This document shows positions 1 to 10,408 of a DNA stretch of 55,448 nucleotides, one piece after another. Positions within the stretch are counted from its first letter, which is position 1. Each line of letters begins with the position of its first letter. Location: positions 1 to 55,448 of the IMG/VR virus record IMGVR_UViG_3300032284_000540; one strand, written 5' to 3'. This stretch comes from a virus (Duplodnaviria; Caudoviricetes). Position numbers and translations under genes: made by a program. The notes beneath the pieces were generated by a model. The model was not told where the DNA came from, made no database searches, and worked only from the letters and a program-made list of their open reading frames with translations.

Positions 1-126
1 GGAGCCGTTCGCAGAAGAGTCCGTGGTGACTACGTTAGACGTGATGATGTCTATGATCTGGTTAGTCCTAGTTAACCAGGTACCGAACGACTGGGCGTTA
101 GTTATTTCTGAGAGAGTTATAGACAT
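1..126 (-). CDS. Tail fibre/neck-whisker-like structural protein, N-terminal fragment (runs off window)
   Basis: Manual translation from ATG at 126: MSISLSEITNAQSFGTWLTRTNQIIDIITSNVVTTDSSANGS. The F-x-x-W-x-x-x-TN motif is typical of N-termini of T4-like fibre/fibritin proteins. Confidence 0.6.
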   Translation of the reverse strand, partial: MSITLSEITNAQSFGTWLTRTNQIIDIITSNVVTTDSSANGS

Positions 127-129
127 CTG

Positions 130-354
130 TTACTTTGCTTCTCGTTCTAGTAGTTTCTTTAACAAGTCTTTTATATCTCGTACGTCTTCTTTAAGAGAGT
201 CTACTTCGTCTAACAGGCGTGCTTGTCTAAGAAGCTTATCTCTCTCTATCTTGTATTTATTAAGCTCCGTGTCATTGACGTTTAGTATCGCTTTACTGTC
301 TGCGTGCTTAATAAGATGAGTATGATCTTTCACCTTATAGTACTTCGGCTCCAT
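130..354 (-). CDS. Small coiled-coil hypothetical protein
   Basis: 74 aa, tightly packed in the operon; C-terminal heptads EVDSLKEDVRDIKDLLKKLL. Confidence 0.75.
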   Translation of the reverse strand: MEPKYYKVKDHTHLIKHADSKAILNVNDTELNKYKIERDKLLRQARLLDEVDSLKEDVRDIKDLLKKLLEREAK

Positions 355-355
355 C

Positions 356-2821
356 TTAGACCTGCAAAGCTATAGCTCTGACATCGTTCATGATGGGTAC
401 TATCACCGAGCTATTAGAAGTAGGAACTACTTTTATGGCGAACGTCTGGAAAGTGTCGTACACCACATCAGAGGAATTGACGTAGCGAACTATTCCAGAG
501 TTATTAGCTAGCTTGAACGCTCCCGTAGCAGACTGAAGGGACGGGATCGCTCCTACAGAGACGTTCGAAGAAGTGAACGAGGGAGGAGTGAGAAGCTGAA
601 GGACTGTGGAGTTCGTCGTATGGGTTATTTCACGGACGTTGAACTGAGTAGAATTATTATCCGAGATGTAGATATAAGTGTTATTATTATATAGAGAAGT
701 ATCTTGAACTATAAGAGTATTAGAAGTCGAGTTGGCCCGGGCCCCGTAGTTGTCGACCAGTACCGATACTGGAAGGCCAAACTCTAGTTCTACAGTATTG
801 TTTCTGTTGATGAGAGAAGAGAACTGCGCGGAAGTGGTATCAGACTCTGGCATGTACGACCACGCTTTTTTAGCAAAAGCGTCTGGGTCAGAGTTATTCA
901 AGAACTTGCCGTACACGTTGAAGTTGGAGCCGGGTGCCCTAAAAGCATTCATATAGAGTATCAGGTCTTCGGCGTTCTGGTTGGCTGACAGTATCACGTT
1001 CTTAGAGATGTAACGAGAAGCCGCATAGTACCCGTTGTTGAGAGTCTCGTCGAACCATGTAGCTGCAGTCACGGCCGCGTTTGCTGCGGAGAGAGCTCCG
1101 ACAACGGGAGTAGAGTTGACGTTGAAGTACCCGTTCACTGAGTTTACTCTCAGAGCGGAGCCGTTAGCGAAAGCTATCACTCCGTTAGCCTGTGTGTTTC
1201 CCGATCCCTGAGTCACTACTTCTCCTACTACGAAGCTCAGCTGTGTATTAGAAAGAGAGAGGTAGTATCCAGACAGCTGAGTATTACTAGGAATTATGTT
1301 ATGGGTGAACGTCAGCGAAGTTCCCACAAAGTCGATCCACGGCGCCGTTAGATTATTAGCCGTCGACATCTCTACTTGCAGAAGAAACGAGTTGTTTCCA
1401 GAAAGTTTAGCTAGCTCGTTACTACGAGACATGACGTATCTCGTATTATCCGTAAATTCGTTGGGTATTCCCGGAGAAACGCTCGTAAAAGTAGAGCTCG
1501 CGTTTACGTAAGAGGTCGTGTTGCTTGTTCCTGCGAATGAGAAAGAAATGGCGGTCTGCGCGGGAGCTACGTAGTTAATGTTAGGAGTAAGAGAGTCTAT
1601 CGGCAAGTCGTCGACAGAAACTATCGTAGCGGTCGCGCCCGACTGCATGCCGAATAAGTACTGCCCGGCCAGGTTTGCGAAGTTTACTGAGGCGTTAGCA
1701 GAGCTATGTCCCAGAATCATATGATAGTTTTCACCTGGAAAGTATTGGAACGTGCCGTTCATACATCCAAAGAGGCCGGCGTCTCCAGCCATTCTTCCGA
1801 CTATAGCGCCAGAAGTATTAGTAAAATTAAACGGAGTGGCGACCGAGAGAGTAGTATTGCTGGGAATTCCTACTATCTTTCTAAAGTCTATAACTGACCT
1901 ATCAGAAGAGAGGACGTATATCGTGTTGTTTACAGCATAGTCCGAGATGTTCGAATTAGGTACGGTAAATGTGTTAGCTCCGTTAGTTACTGACACTCCT
2001 TGTAATAACGAGGATATCGTAGCGTTTCCGGTGCTAGAGATAAGATTCGAGTATGATCCCGTGGTATTACTAAAAGTACCGACGACGTTCGTGACGTATA
2101 TAGCGCTAGCGCTTATCGAGTTGACTACGCCAGTGGCCACGTTAGAAGTACCGTTAGTCTGATATACAGTATTTCCTACTCCTATACTACCGACGAACGT
2201 AGGAGATATATTCAGTACTGCATCAGATACGATGCTGTTAGACACATATACTATTTCTTTAGGAGCGAACGTTCCTATCTGATTATTGATCGTAAGAAAT
2301 TCAGCTCTTAATACGTGATAAAAAATATTAGCAGAAGTACTAGTAAACTCGTTTATGTATATGTCGTACTTCATGCTCTCTCCGACGACTGCAGTGAACA
2401 CTAGGTCGTTGGAAGAGATGAAGAGGTTCCCGAGCTGATTAGACACGTAGATAGGAGAGTTGGTCAGAGCGTCAGTTCCTCCGACAGTAGCAGTCCATAC
2501 TTCATAGTCTGAGTTACCTCCGTCTGGAATAAGAACTATGGCGTACTGGACATTAGTTTGAATAAACGGCGGCTGGCTAAAAGCAAAAGACGTGGCTACG
2601 GAAGAGTCTGTAGAAGAAGATACTTGAGACGGAGTCGAGTGTGTCTGGCCGCCAGAGACTATGTTCGACGTAGGAACACCGTTCTCGGTAGTACGAATCT
2701 GCACAGTGATTCCGTATGTAGAAGAGACCGAAGCGAAGTATACGTTTATGCTATTTAAGAACACGCCGTCTATACTCGTGTTCGGTAAAGAGACTAAGAA
2801 AGTTTGTGCTATAGGCTTCAT
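356..2821 (-). CDS. Virion structural protein, C-terminal half of a DUF4815/VrlC-like protein
   Basis: Starts with PIAQTF and ends with FAIKVV...DVRAIALQV, both characteristic of the C-terminal part of VrlC-like proteins; S/T/N-rich. Confidence 0.75.
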   Translation of the reverse strand: MKPIAQTFLVSLPNTSIDGVFLNSINVYFASVSSTYGITVQIRTTENGVPTSNIVSGGQTHSTPSQVSSSTDSSVATSFAFSQPPFIQTNVQYAIVLIPDGGNSDYEVWTATVGGTDALTNSPIYVSNQLGNLFISSNDLVFTAVVGESMKYDIYINEFTSTSANIFYHVLRAEFLTINNQIGTFAPKEIVYVSNSIVSDAVLNISPTFVGSIGVGNTVYQTNGTSNVATGVVNSISASAIYVTNVVGTFSNTTGSYSNLISSTGNATISSLLQGVSVTNGANTFTVPNSNISDYAVNNTIYVLSSDRSVIDFRKIVGIPSNTTLSVATPFNFTNTSGAIVGRMAGDAGLFGCMNGTFQYFPGENYHMILGHSSANASVNFANLAGQYLFGMQSGATATIVSVDDLPIDSLTPNINYVAPAQTAISFSFAGTSNTTSYVNASSTFTSVSPGIPNEFTDNTRYVMSRSNELAKLSGNNSFLLQVEMSTANNLTAPWIDFVGTSLTFTHNIIPSNTQLSGYYLSLSNTQLSFVVGEVVTQGSGNTQANGVIAFANGSALRVNSVNGYFNVNSTPVVGALSAANAAVTAATWFDETLNNGYYAASRYISKNVILSANQNAEDLILYMNAFRAPGSNFNVYGKFLNNSDPDAFAKKAWSYMPESDTTSAQFSSLINRNNTVELEFGLPVSVLVDNYGARANSTSNTLIVQDTSLYNNNTYIYISDNNSTQFNVREITHTTNSTVLQLLTPPSFTSSNVSVGAIPSLQSATGAFKLANNSGIVRYVNSSDVVYDTFQTFAIKVVPTSNSSVIVPIMNDVRAIALQV

Positions 2822-2881
2822 TAAGTTACTATCTCTTCATATGAATGAATATTTATTAAATCGAGCAATGATCAGCCGGAC

Positions 2882-5800
2882 TCAGTGCCCGTCGCCGCCG
2901 CCGCCGGCGCCACCGTTTCCGCCACCGCCGCCACCGGAGCCCCAATCACCGACCACGCCACCGCTCCAACCATAATCGTAAGAAGGCGGGACGTATGGAG
3001 CCGGAGTATATACAACGTTGAGAGGAGGGCCCGCTGTAACAGTGTTCTGTTGAATAGTCTTTGTATTTACTACTTCCGCCAGAGCAACTGTAGCTTTCTG
3101 AGTATTCAGCACTGACTTAGCTAGAGATATAGACAATCCAGAACCGACATAAGTGGCCGAAGCTTGAGTCTGTATAGCGTTAGCTCCTTGTACTAAGCTA
3201 GATACATCTGCTAGCTGAAAAGTAAGGTCTCCGGCCTGAAACGTTTTTCCAGGTATGACGAATATACCGTATACGTTTCCGTTGGCGTCTGAAGAAAGAC
3301 CCGTTCCTAAAGAAGTAGAATTATACGTATAGTTATTGTTGCTACTATCAGTATATACATGATACCCGTTAGAAGTCACGGTCGAGTTATTGTTGACGCT
3401 CACGCTTCCCGTGTATAGAGTAAGCTGTACGCAGCTATTACTTACTGGAGTACTATTGAAGTAAGAGTATAACTTCGTAGAAGGCTTCATACCCGAAGCG
3501 CTAAAAAATACCGATCTAGAAACTATGTAGGGAAGGATAGACACGTTCTGAACGAACGTTCCTAAGTTTAGTTGTGTATTAGAAGTAGTGACAGAAAGCT
3601 GAGTTCCGGTCTGAGTCTGATTCAGCGTAGTGGTAGTGTTTATCTGTGAACCGTATACCGTAGTACTAGATCCGTCTGGATTGTAAGAAGTAGTAGGAGC
3701 AGTCGCGGTCTGAGTACTTACCGAGTTCGAGCTAGTCGTGACCCAGTTGCCCCACGTCGTTCCCCATCCTTGAGTTGCAGATAGATTGACAAAGTTAGAA
3801 GCCAGGTCTAAGTTGTTCACTACATCGGGCGCCACTTTGGTGTCAGGAGAAGTATCTCCCGAAGGAGAAAGAGACATGGTACCGACCCAGTCGAAGACGT
3901 TACCCTCTACGCAGTTGCGATACTTCGAAGCGTACGGCTGCGACTGAAACAGAGTAGCAGTATACGGAAGAGAGACTACTGAACCTGAAGAAGAATATTC
4001 GTCGCTGATAGAATCTACGTAGGGCCCGAGCATATGCTGCTCGAAGTACGGCCGAGCTTGATGAGCGTTTACGTCTATAGCCATTAAGAAAGTAGGATCG
4101 AGTGTGTTAGTGATGTTGAAACCGGCAAAGGGATCTACCAGTATGCCGTTCTGGAATCGATTCTGACCGGTCACGCTAGACACTATGTTAGTAGAAGCAG
4201 TGGCCTGCTCCAGCTGCGAGAGAGAAGTGTAGTACTCTAGGCTAGAGATCCTGTCGTCCAGAGACTTGATGTTAGCCATCGTGTATCTCTGGTTCTGACT
4301 CAGAGAAGTCGTCACAGAGTAGTCGTATCTCTTATAAGAAGCTGCGTCTGACGGAGCAAGAGTGGGATACGGCGGCACGTAGGCCGAACCGAGAGTCATC
4401 GTCCTCGGCGGTTCTGGAGGAGCAGCCGGCGTGATAGACGGGATTCCCTCGGTCACGATCATCTGACCAGAAGTCGTAAGAGACACGCGATCTATCCTAG
4501 GAAGATAGTGCGCCAGGTCTGTCACAAAGTTATAATTGGGGCTCGGCGAATGAGCTCCAGAAGAAAGGACAGAGAAAGTCAGCGCGGCCGAAGGATTGAC
4601 GTTCACGCTGTTAGCAGCGAAGCTGTTGTTAGCGGCGGCCGTGTTGGCGGCGAACGGCCTGAAGTCTGCCGAGTCTCTTAAGTCGAAAGTCGTACCCTTC
4701 GTTGGTGAAGTGAATACCGGTATCTGAGCCGTAGTGATAGCAGCAGCGTTAGAAGTATTGATGTCGTCTATCGGATAAGAGTTAGCAGTAAAGAACCCGA
4801 CTCCCTGCGTCTGATTATAAGTGAAATGATCGATAGACACGAGAAGCAGAGTGGTATTAGCAAGAGCGGTGTTAGAACTTATGTATCCAAGACCGTAGTA
4901 CCCGTCTCTCTGACCATTGTCTAGATTGAAAGAAGAGACGGCATCTATTCCAGTATTGACATAACCAGAAGTAGAGTTGCATACCCATACATGATTCAAT
5001 TTGAACACGTCTGGAACGCCTAAGCACCACGGTCCTGATACGCCGCCGACGTTATTAGACAAGTTAATTCTAACCAGAGTGCCGCGATTAATTACTTTAC
5101 TGATAGGAACCGTGGCAGATCTATCTACGTCATAGTAAGTCGAGACATTGAAAGCTCCATTGGTCGTGGTTCCTAAGTTGAGAGTAGCCGTAGTCCCTGA
5201 TATCGAGATAGAACGATTCGGTCTATTGACGAACGGGATAGGAAGTCCGGCCGGCCAAAACTCTTGATGAACCATAGTAGAAGTATTAGAGGCGAACGGA
5301 GCGTCTACGTAGAGAGAAGTGTCAGATACTATAGATACTATCTGTCTGTAAGCGCTGGTAGTAGTATTGCTGACGTATATGACGTCTCCTGCAGAATACT
5401 TCGAAGTAAACGTAGTTCCTGATCCGACTATCTGGCTGGATCCGTTAGCCGCCGCCGAGCTAGAGATAGTCACGGTACCGGTGTTGTTCGAGCTATAAGC
5501 GTTGATCGTCGGTATCACTTCGAAAGAACCTGCTTGTGAGTAAGACAGCGTTCCAGAATAGATGAAGTTCTCCGTGCCGGTTCCTACCGGCGCCGGTATG
5601 GTTATCGTGGTATTTCCGGTCGAAGAGAAAGTAGTATTAGATCTGTTCCTGTAGATATAAGAAGTATTATTGAAGCCGTTAGCTACTATAGCTTTCTGAC
5701 CAAAGGGATATATGTTCGTGTTATTGATGATCTCTTGTATTTGAGCTATGTTGGTGTTAGTACTATAGTTATACGTGAGGACTACGTCTGCTACAGCTCC

Positions 5801-7237
5801 GACTGTACCTCCACCGTTATTAAGAACTATGCTCTTAGTCTGACTAAAGCTGTAACCGGCAGACATCTGGATGTCGAAAAGATACATGAGATAAGTGGCG
5901 TCGAATCCCGGAGTTCCAGAATTTAGTTCTATACCGCGAACGTATGCCGTTCCTATCTTGCTACTAGAAGAGTAAGATGTAGCAAGATAAGTCGTGTTCG
6001 ATACAGCCATCCTAGCGTCGTTATGTAACTCTACTTGAGCCAGGTTCTGATTATTGAAGTCGCCGACGAGCTGATAGACGATCACGTAGTAACCGAAGTT
6101 TAACGAAGTCTGATGCTGTAAGAAAGATTCAGTATCGGTTCCTTTACGAAGATTGACGGAACTATTATTCAAGAAGTCTACGCGATAGCCTTTTACATAT
6201 CCTAGGCCCGGAGAAGATATAAGATTTAGTGTATTAGCTACGAGAGGATCCGACGGTACTTTAGATTTGACAGAGAGTATAAACGGGTTTACTACGAAGT
6301 CGCCGTTAGTCTCATAGACCGTCTGCGCCAGCTGCTTTCCTATAGACGAGAGCTGAGGATCGTTCTTAATCGTGACTGGCTTTCCGGCCGAGAAGTCACA
6401 TACCGAAAAGAAGTCAGAGGTATTCGAAGTATTCGAAGTAGCTCTTACTACGAGGTTGGGAGTAAGGACTAGACGATCAGCTCCCGGAGAGGAGTAGTTA
6501 GGAGCTCCGGCGGCGTTGTCGAGAAGAGCGGTATTAGACAGCGCAGTATCGACGCTCTCTATTACGCCGAAACCGACAGACAGCCCGTCGGGAACATTAG
6601 AGTAAGGAGTCACCACGGCAGTCTGAGTCGGGAATCGTATGAAGTATCCCTTCTTGAATATGGTGCCTTCTGTCACCGTCATGGCGTAAGCAGAGCCCGT
6701 CACGTTTCCGATGGAGACGTTCCCGGTGTTAGAAGCCACAGCCACGTTTCCGACGGCGACGTTTGCAGTAGAAGCTATGACGAGAGTATCTGCCGGATCG
6801 AACGTGCTCTGTTGAGCGCTATTGGAGTACGTGCCAGAGTTTAGATACTTGATATATAGAGTGTTTAGAGCCGGAGCTTGAGATAATAGACCCTGCGTAG
6901 CGTTTATGATCGTAGCCTGTAGACCGTTCTTATTGTATACGACTCTTCCTACGAAGTCAGATATAGTAAAAGCAGCGCCGTTGGAGTAGTTGTCGTTTAT
7001 CTTTACGAAAGTATAGTTGTTATCGAAAGTGAAAGAACAACCGTCGATTACCGACCCTTCTTGAAATACGTTTCTACCAAACTTTGTTATCTGATCCTGA
7101 AGAATGCTCTGTAGAGAATTTAGCTCTCTTACCTGTACCGGAAGGCTAGGTTTGAATAATACAGCATACTGATTAGAGTCTGGATTGAAATCATCAAAGT
7201 ACGGGTTAAGAGAGAGATCTGTTTGAAGCTCTGACAT
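2882..7237 (-). CDS. DUF4815/VrlC-like large baseplate/virion protein, N-terminal half
   Basis: N-terminal LNPYFDDF...VLFKP...VQVRELNSLQSILQDQI, PGADRL, RISSLEYYTSLS and RFQNGILVDPF motifs; lies next to gp8. Confidence 0.85.
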   Translation of the reverse strand: MSELQTDLSLNPYFDDFNPDSNQYAVLFKPSLPVQVRELNSLQSILQDQITKFGRNVFQEGSVIDGCSFTFDNNYTFVKINDNYSNGAAFTISDFVGRVVYNKNGLQATIINATQGLLSQAPALNTLYIKYLNSGTYSNSAQQSTFDPADTLVIASTANVAVGNVAVASNTGNVSIGNVTGSAYAMTVTEGTIFKKGYFIRFPTQTAVVTPYSNVPDGLSVGFGVIESVDTALSNTALLDNAAGAPNYSSPGADRLVLTPNLVVRATSNTSNTSDFFSVCDFSAGKPVTIKNDPQLSSIGKQLAQTVYETNGDFVVNPFILSVKSKVPSDPLVANTLNLISSPGLGYVKGYRVDFLNNSSVNLRKGTDTESFLQHQTSLNFGYYVIVYQLVGDFNNQNLAQVELHNDARMAVSNTTYLATSYSSSSKIGTAYVRGIELNSGTPGFDATYLMYLFDIQMSAGYSFSQTKSIVLNNGGGTVGAVADVVLTYNYSTNTNIAQIQEIINNTNIYPFGQKAIVANGFNNTSYIYRNRSNTTFSSTGNTTITIPAPVGTGTENFIYSGTLSYSQAGSFEVIPTINAYSSNNTGTVTISSSAAANGSSQIVGSGTTFTSKYSAGDVIYVSNTTTSAYRQIVSIVSDTSLYVDAPFASNTSTMVHQEFWPAGLPIPFVNRPNRSISISGTTATLNLGTTTNGAFNVSTYYDVDRSATVPISKVINRGTLVRINLSNNVGGVSGPWCLGVPDVFKLNHVWVCNSTSGYVNTGIDAVSSFNLDNGQRDGYYGLGYISSNTALANTTLLLVSIDHFTYNQTQGVGFFTANSYPIDDINTSNAAAITTAQIPVFTSPTKGTTFDLRDSADFRPFAANTAAANNSFAANSVNVNPSAALTFSVLSSGAHSPSPNYNFVTDLAHYLPRIDRVSLTTSGQMIVTEGIPSITPAAPPEPPRTMTLGSAYVPPYPTLAPSDAASYKRYDYSVTTSLSQNQRYTMANIKSLDDRISSLEYYTSLSQLEQATASTNIVSSVTGQNRFQNGILVDPFAGFNITNTLDPTFLMAIDVNAHQARPYFEQHMLGPYVDSISDEYSSSGSVVSLPYTATLFQSQPYASKYRNCVEGNVFDWVGTMSLSPSGDTSPDTKVAPDVVNNLDLASNFVNLSATQGWGTTWGNWVTTSSNSVSTQTATAPTTSYNPDGSSTTVYGSQINTTTTLNQTQTGTQLSVTTSNTQLNLGTFVQNVSILPYIVSRSVFFSASGMKPSTKLYSYFNSTPVSNSCVQLTLYTGSVSVNNNSTVTSNGYHVYTDSSNNNYTYNSTSLGTGLSSDANGNVYGIFVIPGKTFQAGDLTFQLADVSSLVQGANAIQTQASATYVGSGLSISLAKSVLNTQKATVALAEVVNTKTIQQNTVTAGPPLNVVYTPAPYVPPSYDYGWSGGVVGDWGSGGGGGGNGGAGGGGDGH

Positions 7238-7245
7238 TAAATCCT

Positions 7246-10200
7246 CTAGAACTGAATTACTATATTTATTTTCTCGGACGAAGTATTCGACCTAGTGAAA
7301 GGCGTTAAATTTTCCAAGTATAATACCTTTCCGCTGTTTCTAGTCAAGTCTGGATACGTTATAGACTTTGCCAGAGAAGGAACACCGGTCGCTGCAGAAC
7401 TCGCTCCTGTCACGGCATTGTTTCCTACTTGAAAAGTACCTACTACGTCCGACAGCACCAGAGAAGTATATACTCCGGCCAGCGCTCCGCCTATATTTAG
7501 GTTGTTCGTTACAGTGTCTCCGATAATAAAGACTCCGTTGGCCGCCGTACATCTAACGTAGCTATTGTTCGCCACGTAAGTCACAATGGCAGTAGCTCCT
7601 GTGTTTGCGTCAGTAAGAGTCTGACCAGCAAATATCGTACCGTTAGAAGAAGTGAAAGCCAAGTCTATGTCGGTGTTAGTACTGACTACCGTGCCGTACG
7701 CGTTAGTAACCGCCTGAGTCACCGTTTCGTACAGAGAAAATGCTCTGTTGTTAGAAGTCAAAGTGATCCTACCAGTCTGTACGAAACTGTGCACGAAGTT
7801 GGCCGAAGAATCCACGGTGTCGTTCGCCGTATATATCGATACTACTGAAGCAGAAGCGTTGGTAGCAGGATCATAGACTATATCACCGGTGTTTATATGG
7901 CCGGTAACGTTAGAGACTTGTATAGTAGTGTTAGTAACTGCCTGTGTGATGGTACCAGTCGACAGAGTATTTTTATCCTTTAGTGTCTCTACGTCTGAGT
8001 ATACAGAAAAGTATACTATGTTCGACGTAGTAACGTTGGCCGTTGTGTTAGAAGTTAGGCCGACTATCTTATTATTGTTAGTGTTAGAGAACTGGTGAAG
8101 AGTAGCCTGCACACCGGTAAGCTGCAAGAAGCTGCTGTTGGCATAGAGCACGGTACCGGCAGCGTTAGTAGAGGGCTGAAACACCGTCTCTCCTACCGCG
8201 AAAGAGTTAGACTGAGTGTTAGACACTGCGACATCAAGCGTAGTAAAAGAGCTCAAGTTCAAGTATACTTGCTGGAACTCTGGAGACTCTAGTATTCCTA
8301 TACGTCTGTAGCTCCCGTACAACGGGTAACGATAGCTCTCCGAGTACCCGTTGCCGAACGTCATCGATACACCGACGTACTTGGCTCCCAGCTCGGAGTA
8401 CACGTTCGCGCCGTGCCCTAGAGCCGGGCTTATAGCGGCGCTTAACGCAGCTCCGGACCCGTAAGAGTTATTAGAAGATATAGAAATGTTGGCGTATGTA
8501 TAGTTTTGGCCGTTGTTTATCAGGACAATGTCTGATATCTGTCTAGACAGATTGTTTCCGCTAGTATCGACATACGCGTATGCTACGGCTCCGTTACCGT
8601 CTCCAGAGATGGTGACTTTTGGTGATATCACGTACTCTGTCAGCTCGTTAGGAGTTATTGCGTAAGAGACTACGGTAGCAGACGATACTGGAACAGTGCA
8701 TGCTGTCGGGTATATACTTATATTTTCTCCGACTAAGAAGTCGCCGCCGGGTGATGTTACTGTTATGTTAGGATATGAGTTCACTGATACTATATAAGCT
8801 CTAGCGTTAGAAGAAGCTCCGAGCATGTAGAGGTTCGCCGTCAGCGTTCCAGAGACGTTAGAGAGTATCAACACACTAGAGTTAGAGAATGACACTACTC
8901 CGTTCGCGGCCTGATTCACGTTGTTGACGTCTACTTGAGTAACCAGCTCTCCAGGAATGAAGTTAACACCCGCCGGTGTCGTGTTAGATATATTCAAGCT
9001 CTGACCAGTAAGGTTCGTATATACTACCTGACCAGACAGGTCTATGGAAGTGAGCGAAGACGGTTCGGCTGCGTACGGTATAGAGTAGTACACGTTGGCT
9101 ACTAGCGTATTAGAGAACGGAGTAGCGGGATTAACCGTAATAGAAGTCGTGTTAGAAGCCGTGATTCTTCTTATATTGAACTGATTCAGCCCGCCAGAGT
9201 TTCCTACTTGAACGTAAGTACCCACTGCAAACACACTAGTGTTGATAGTCGTGTTACCTACCACGGACACCACGGTGTTACCAGATACGACGCTTACTGT
9301 CCCGGTTCCTGCTAAGCCGCCGTGTGAAGTATCGTAGATCGGATAAGAATATAAGTTAGACCACTGAGAAGCAGCCGTGTTAGGCTGCAATAAGATACCA
9401 GAAGAATTGGACTGAGATACTACACCGTTGTATCCGGACACGGACTGGTACACCGTGTCTCCTATGTTGAAGTACCCCGTTGGATAGACATAAGACAAGC
9501 TTACTAAGTTCTGAGTTACGACGTCTCCTACTATGACATTGGAGCTAGTCACGTTTGCGAGACCTAAGTTGACGTAACTAATAAAAGGAGGATTAACTAG
9601 TATCTGCTTGGAAGTACCGGAGTAGTTAACGACGTTGCTGATCTGGCCAGCTCCTCCGCCGGCTTTCAAGTAGATAGAAGATCCCGTGTAGTAGTTGTCT
9701 TGCGGCGAAGAAGTAGACGGGAGCTGAACTACGTAGTTGTTCACTACTGCCGCTAAGAATCCTTCTTCGTACACCTCGTATCCCTGCCCCGGGTTAGTGA
9801 GAGCCAGATAGTCTATCGTGCCGGGTACGGCGTTGCTCTGCACGTTCGCGTTTATAGTGACCGGGACGTAAGTGTTAGAAGTGAAAGTACTATTCGCAAT
9901 GGAGCTTATCGTGTACATGTACTTCCAGATATATCCGTCGACCGTAATAAAGTTTCCGGACGGAGTATTAAGAGCAGGTTTTACTATTGAGTTGGCGCCG
10001 TTATTATTGTATATACACTTATAAACTTCTCCGGCATCAGTGACTACAAAGAACTTCTCGTTGATCAAGTTTCCGTCGTACTGTGAGTACTGCGCATAAG
10101 TCGTATTGTTAGTCCACTGATAGTTGGGTATCATATAAGAGATGTTGTTACTGAATATCAGCTTACCGTAGCTAAGGTCTTGATACAGAGACAGCTCGGT

Positions 10201-10383
10201 CTGTTCTACGGAGTTGTTCGCTGCTGGCACGTCTCCTGCGCTGTCGTCTACTTGACCGTTGGAGTTCAGCCACGGAGTCGGCTTTCCGACGAAGAGGTAG
10301 TAAGACTTGCTTGTGTCTTCTACATTCGATATGAAATTGCTTATGGTGTCTATTATCTGGTTTACTGTGACTGTCGCCATCAT
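7246..10383 (-). CDS. gp8: Baseplate wedge protein gp8 (expanded)
   Basis: YLFVGKPTPW, VYKCIYNN, DGYIWKYMY, GHG..ELGA and C-terminal SGKVLYLEN...R...SEKINIVIQF motifs; synteny. Confidence 0.9.
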   Translation of the reverse strand: MMATVTVNQIIDTISNFISNVEDTSKSYYLFVGKPTPWLNSNGQVDDSAGDVPAANNSVEQTELSLYQDLSYGKLIFSNNISYMIPNYQWTNNTTYAQYSQYDGNLINEKFFVVTDAGEVYKCIYNNNGANSIVKPALNTPSGNFITVDGYIWKYMYTISSIANSTFTSNTYVPVTINANVQSNAVPGTIDYLALTNPGQGYEVYEEGFLAAVVNNYVVQLPSTSSPQDNYYTGSSIYLKAGGGAGQISNVVNYSGTSKQILVNPPFISYVNLGLANVTSSNVIVGDVVTQNLVSLSYVYPTGYFNIGDTVYQSVSGYNGVVSQSNSSGILLQPNTAASQWSNLYSYPIYDTSHGGLAGTGTVSVVSGNTVVSVVGNTTINTSVFAVGTYVQVGNSGGLNQFNIRRITASNTTSITVNPATPFSNTLVANVYYSIPYAAEPSSLTSIDLSGQVVYTNLTGQSLNISNTTPAGVNFIPGELVTQVDVNNVNQAANGVVSFSNSSVLILSNVSGTLTANLYMLGASSNARAYIVSVNSYPNITVTSPGGDFLVGENISIYPTACTVPVSSATVVSYAITPNELTEYVISPKVTISGDGNGAVAYAYVDTSGNNLSRQISDIVLINNGQNYTYANISISSNNSYGSGAALSAAISPALGHGANVYSELGAKYVGVSMTFGNGYSESYRYPLYGSYRRIGILESPEFQQVYLNLSSFTTLDVAVSNTQSNSFAVGETVFQPSTNAAGTVLYANSSFLQLTGVQATLHQFSNTNNNKIVGLTSNTTANVTTSNIVYFSVYSDVETLKDKNTLSTGTITQAVTNTTIQVSNVTGHINTGDIVYDPATNASASVVSIYTANDTVDSSANFVHSFVQTGRITLTSNNRAFSLYETVTQAVTNAYGTVVSTNTDIDLAFTSSNGTIFAGQTLTDANTGATAIVTYVANNSYVRCTAANGVFIIGDTVTNNLNIGGALAGVYTSLVLSDVVGTFQVGNNAVTGASSAATGVPSLAKSITYPDLTRNSGKVLYLENLTPFTRSNTSSEKINIVIQF

Positions 10384-10408
10384 TCAACTCTGTGTGATTT
10401 CGATATAT

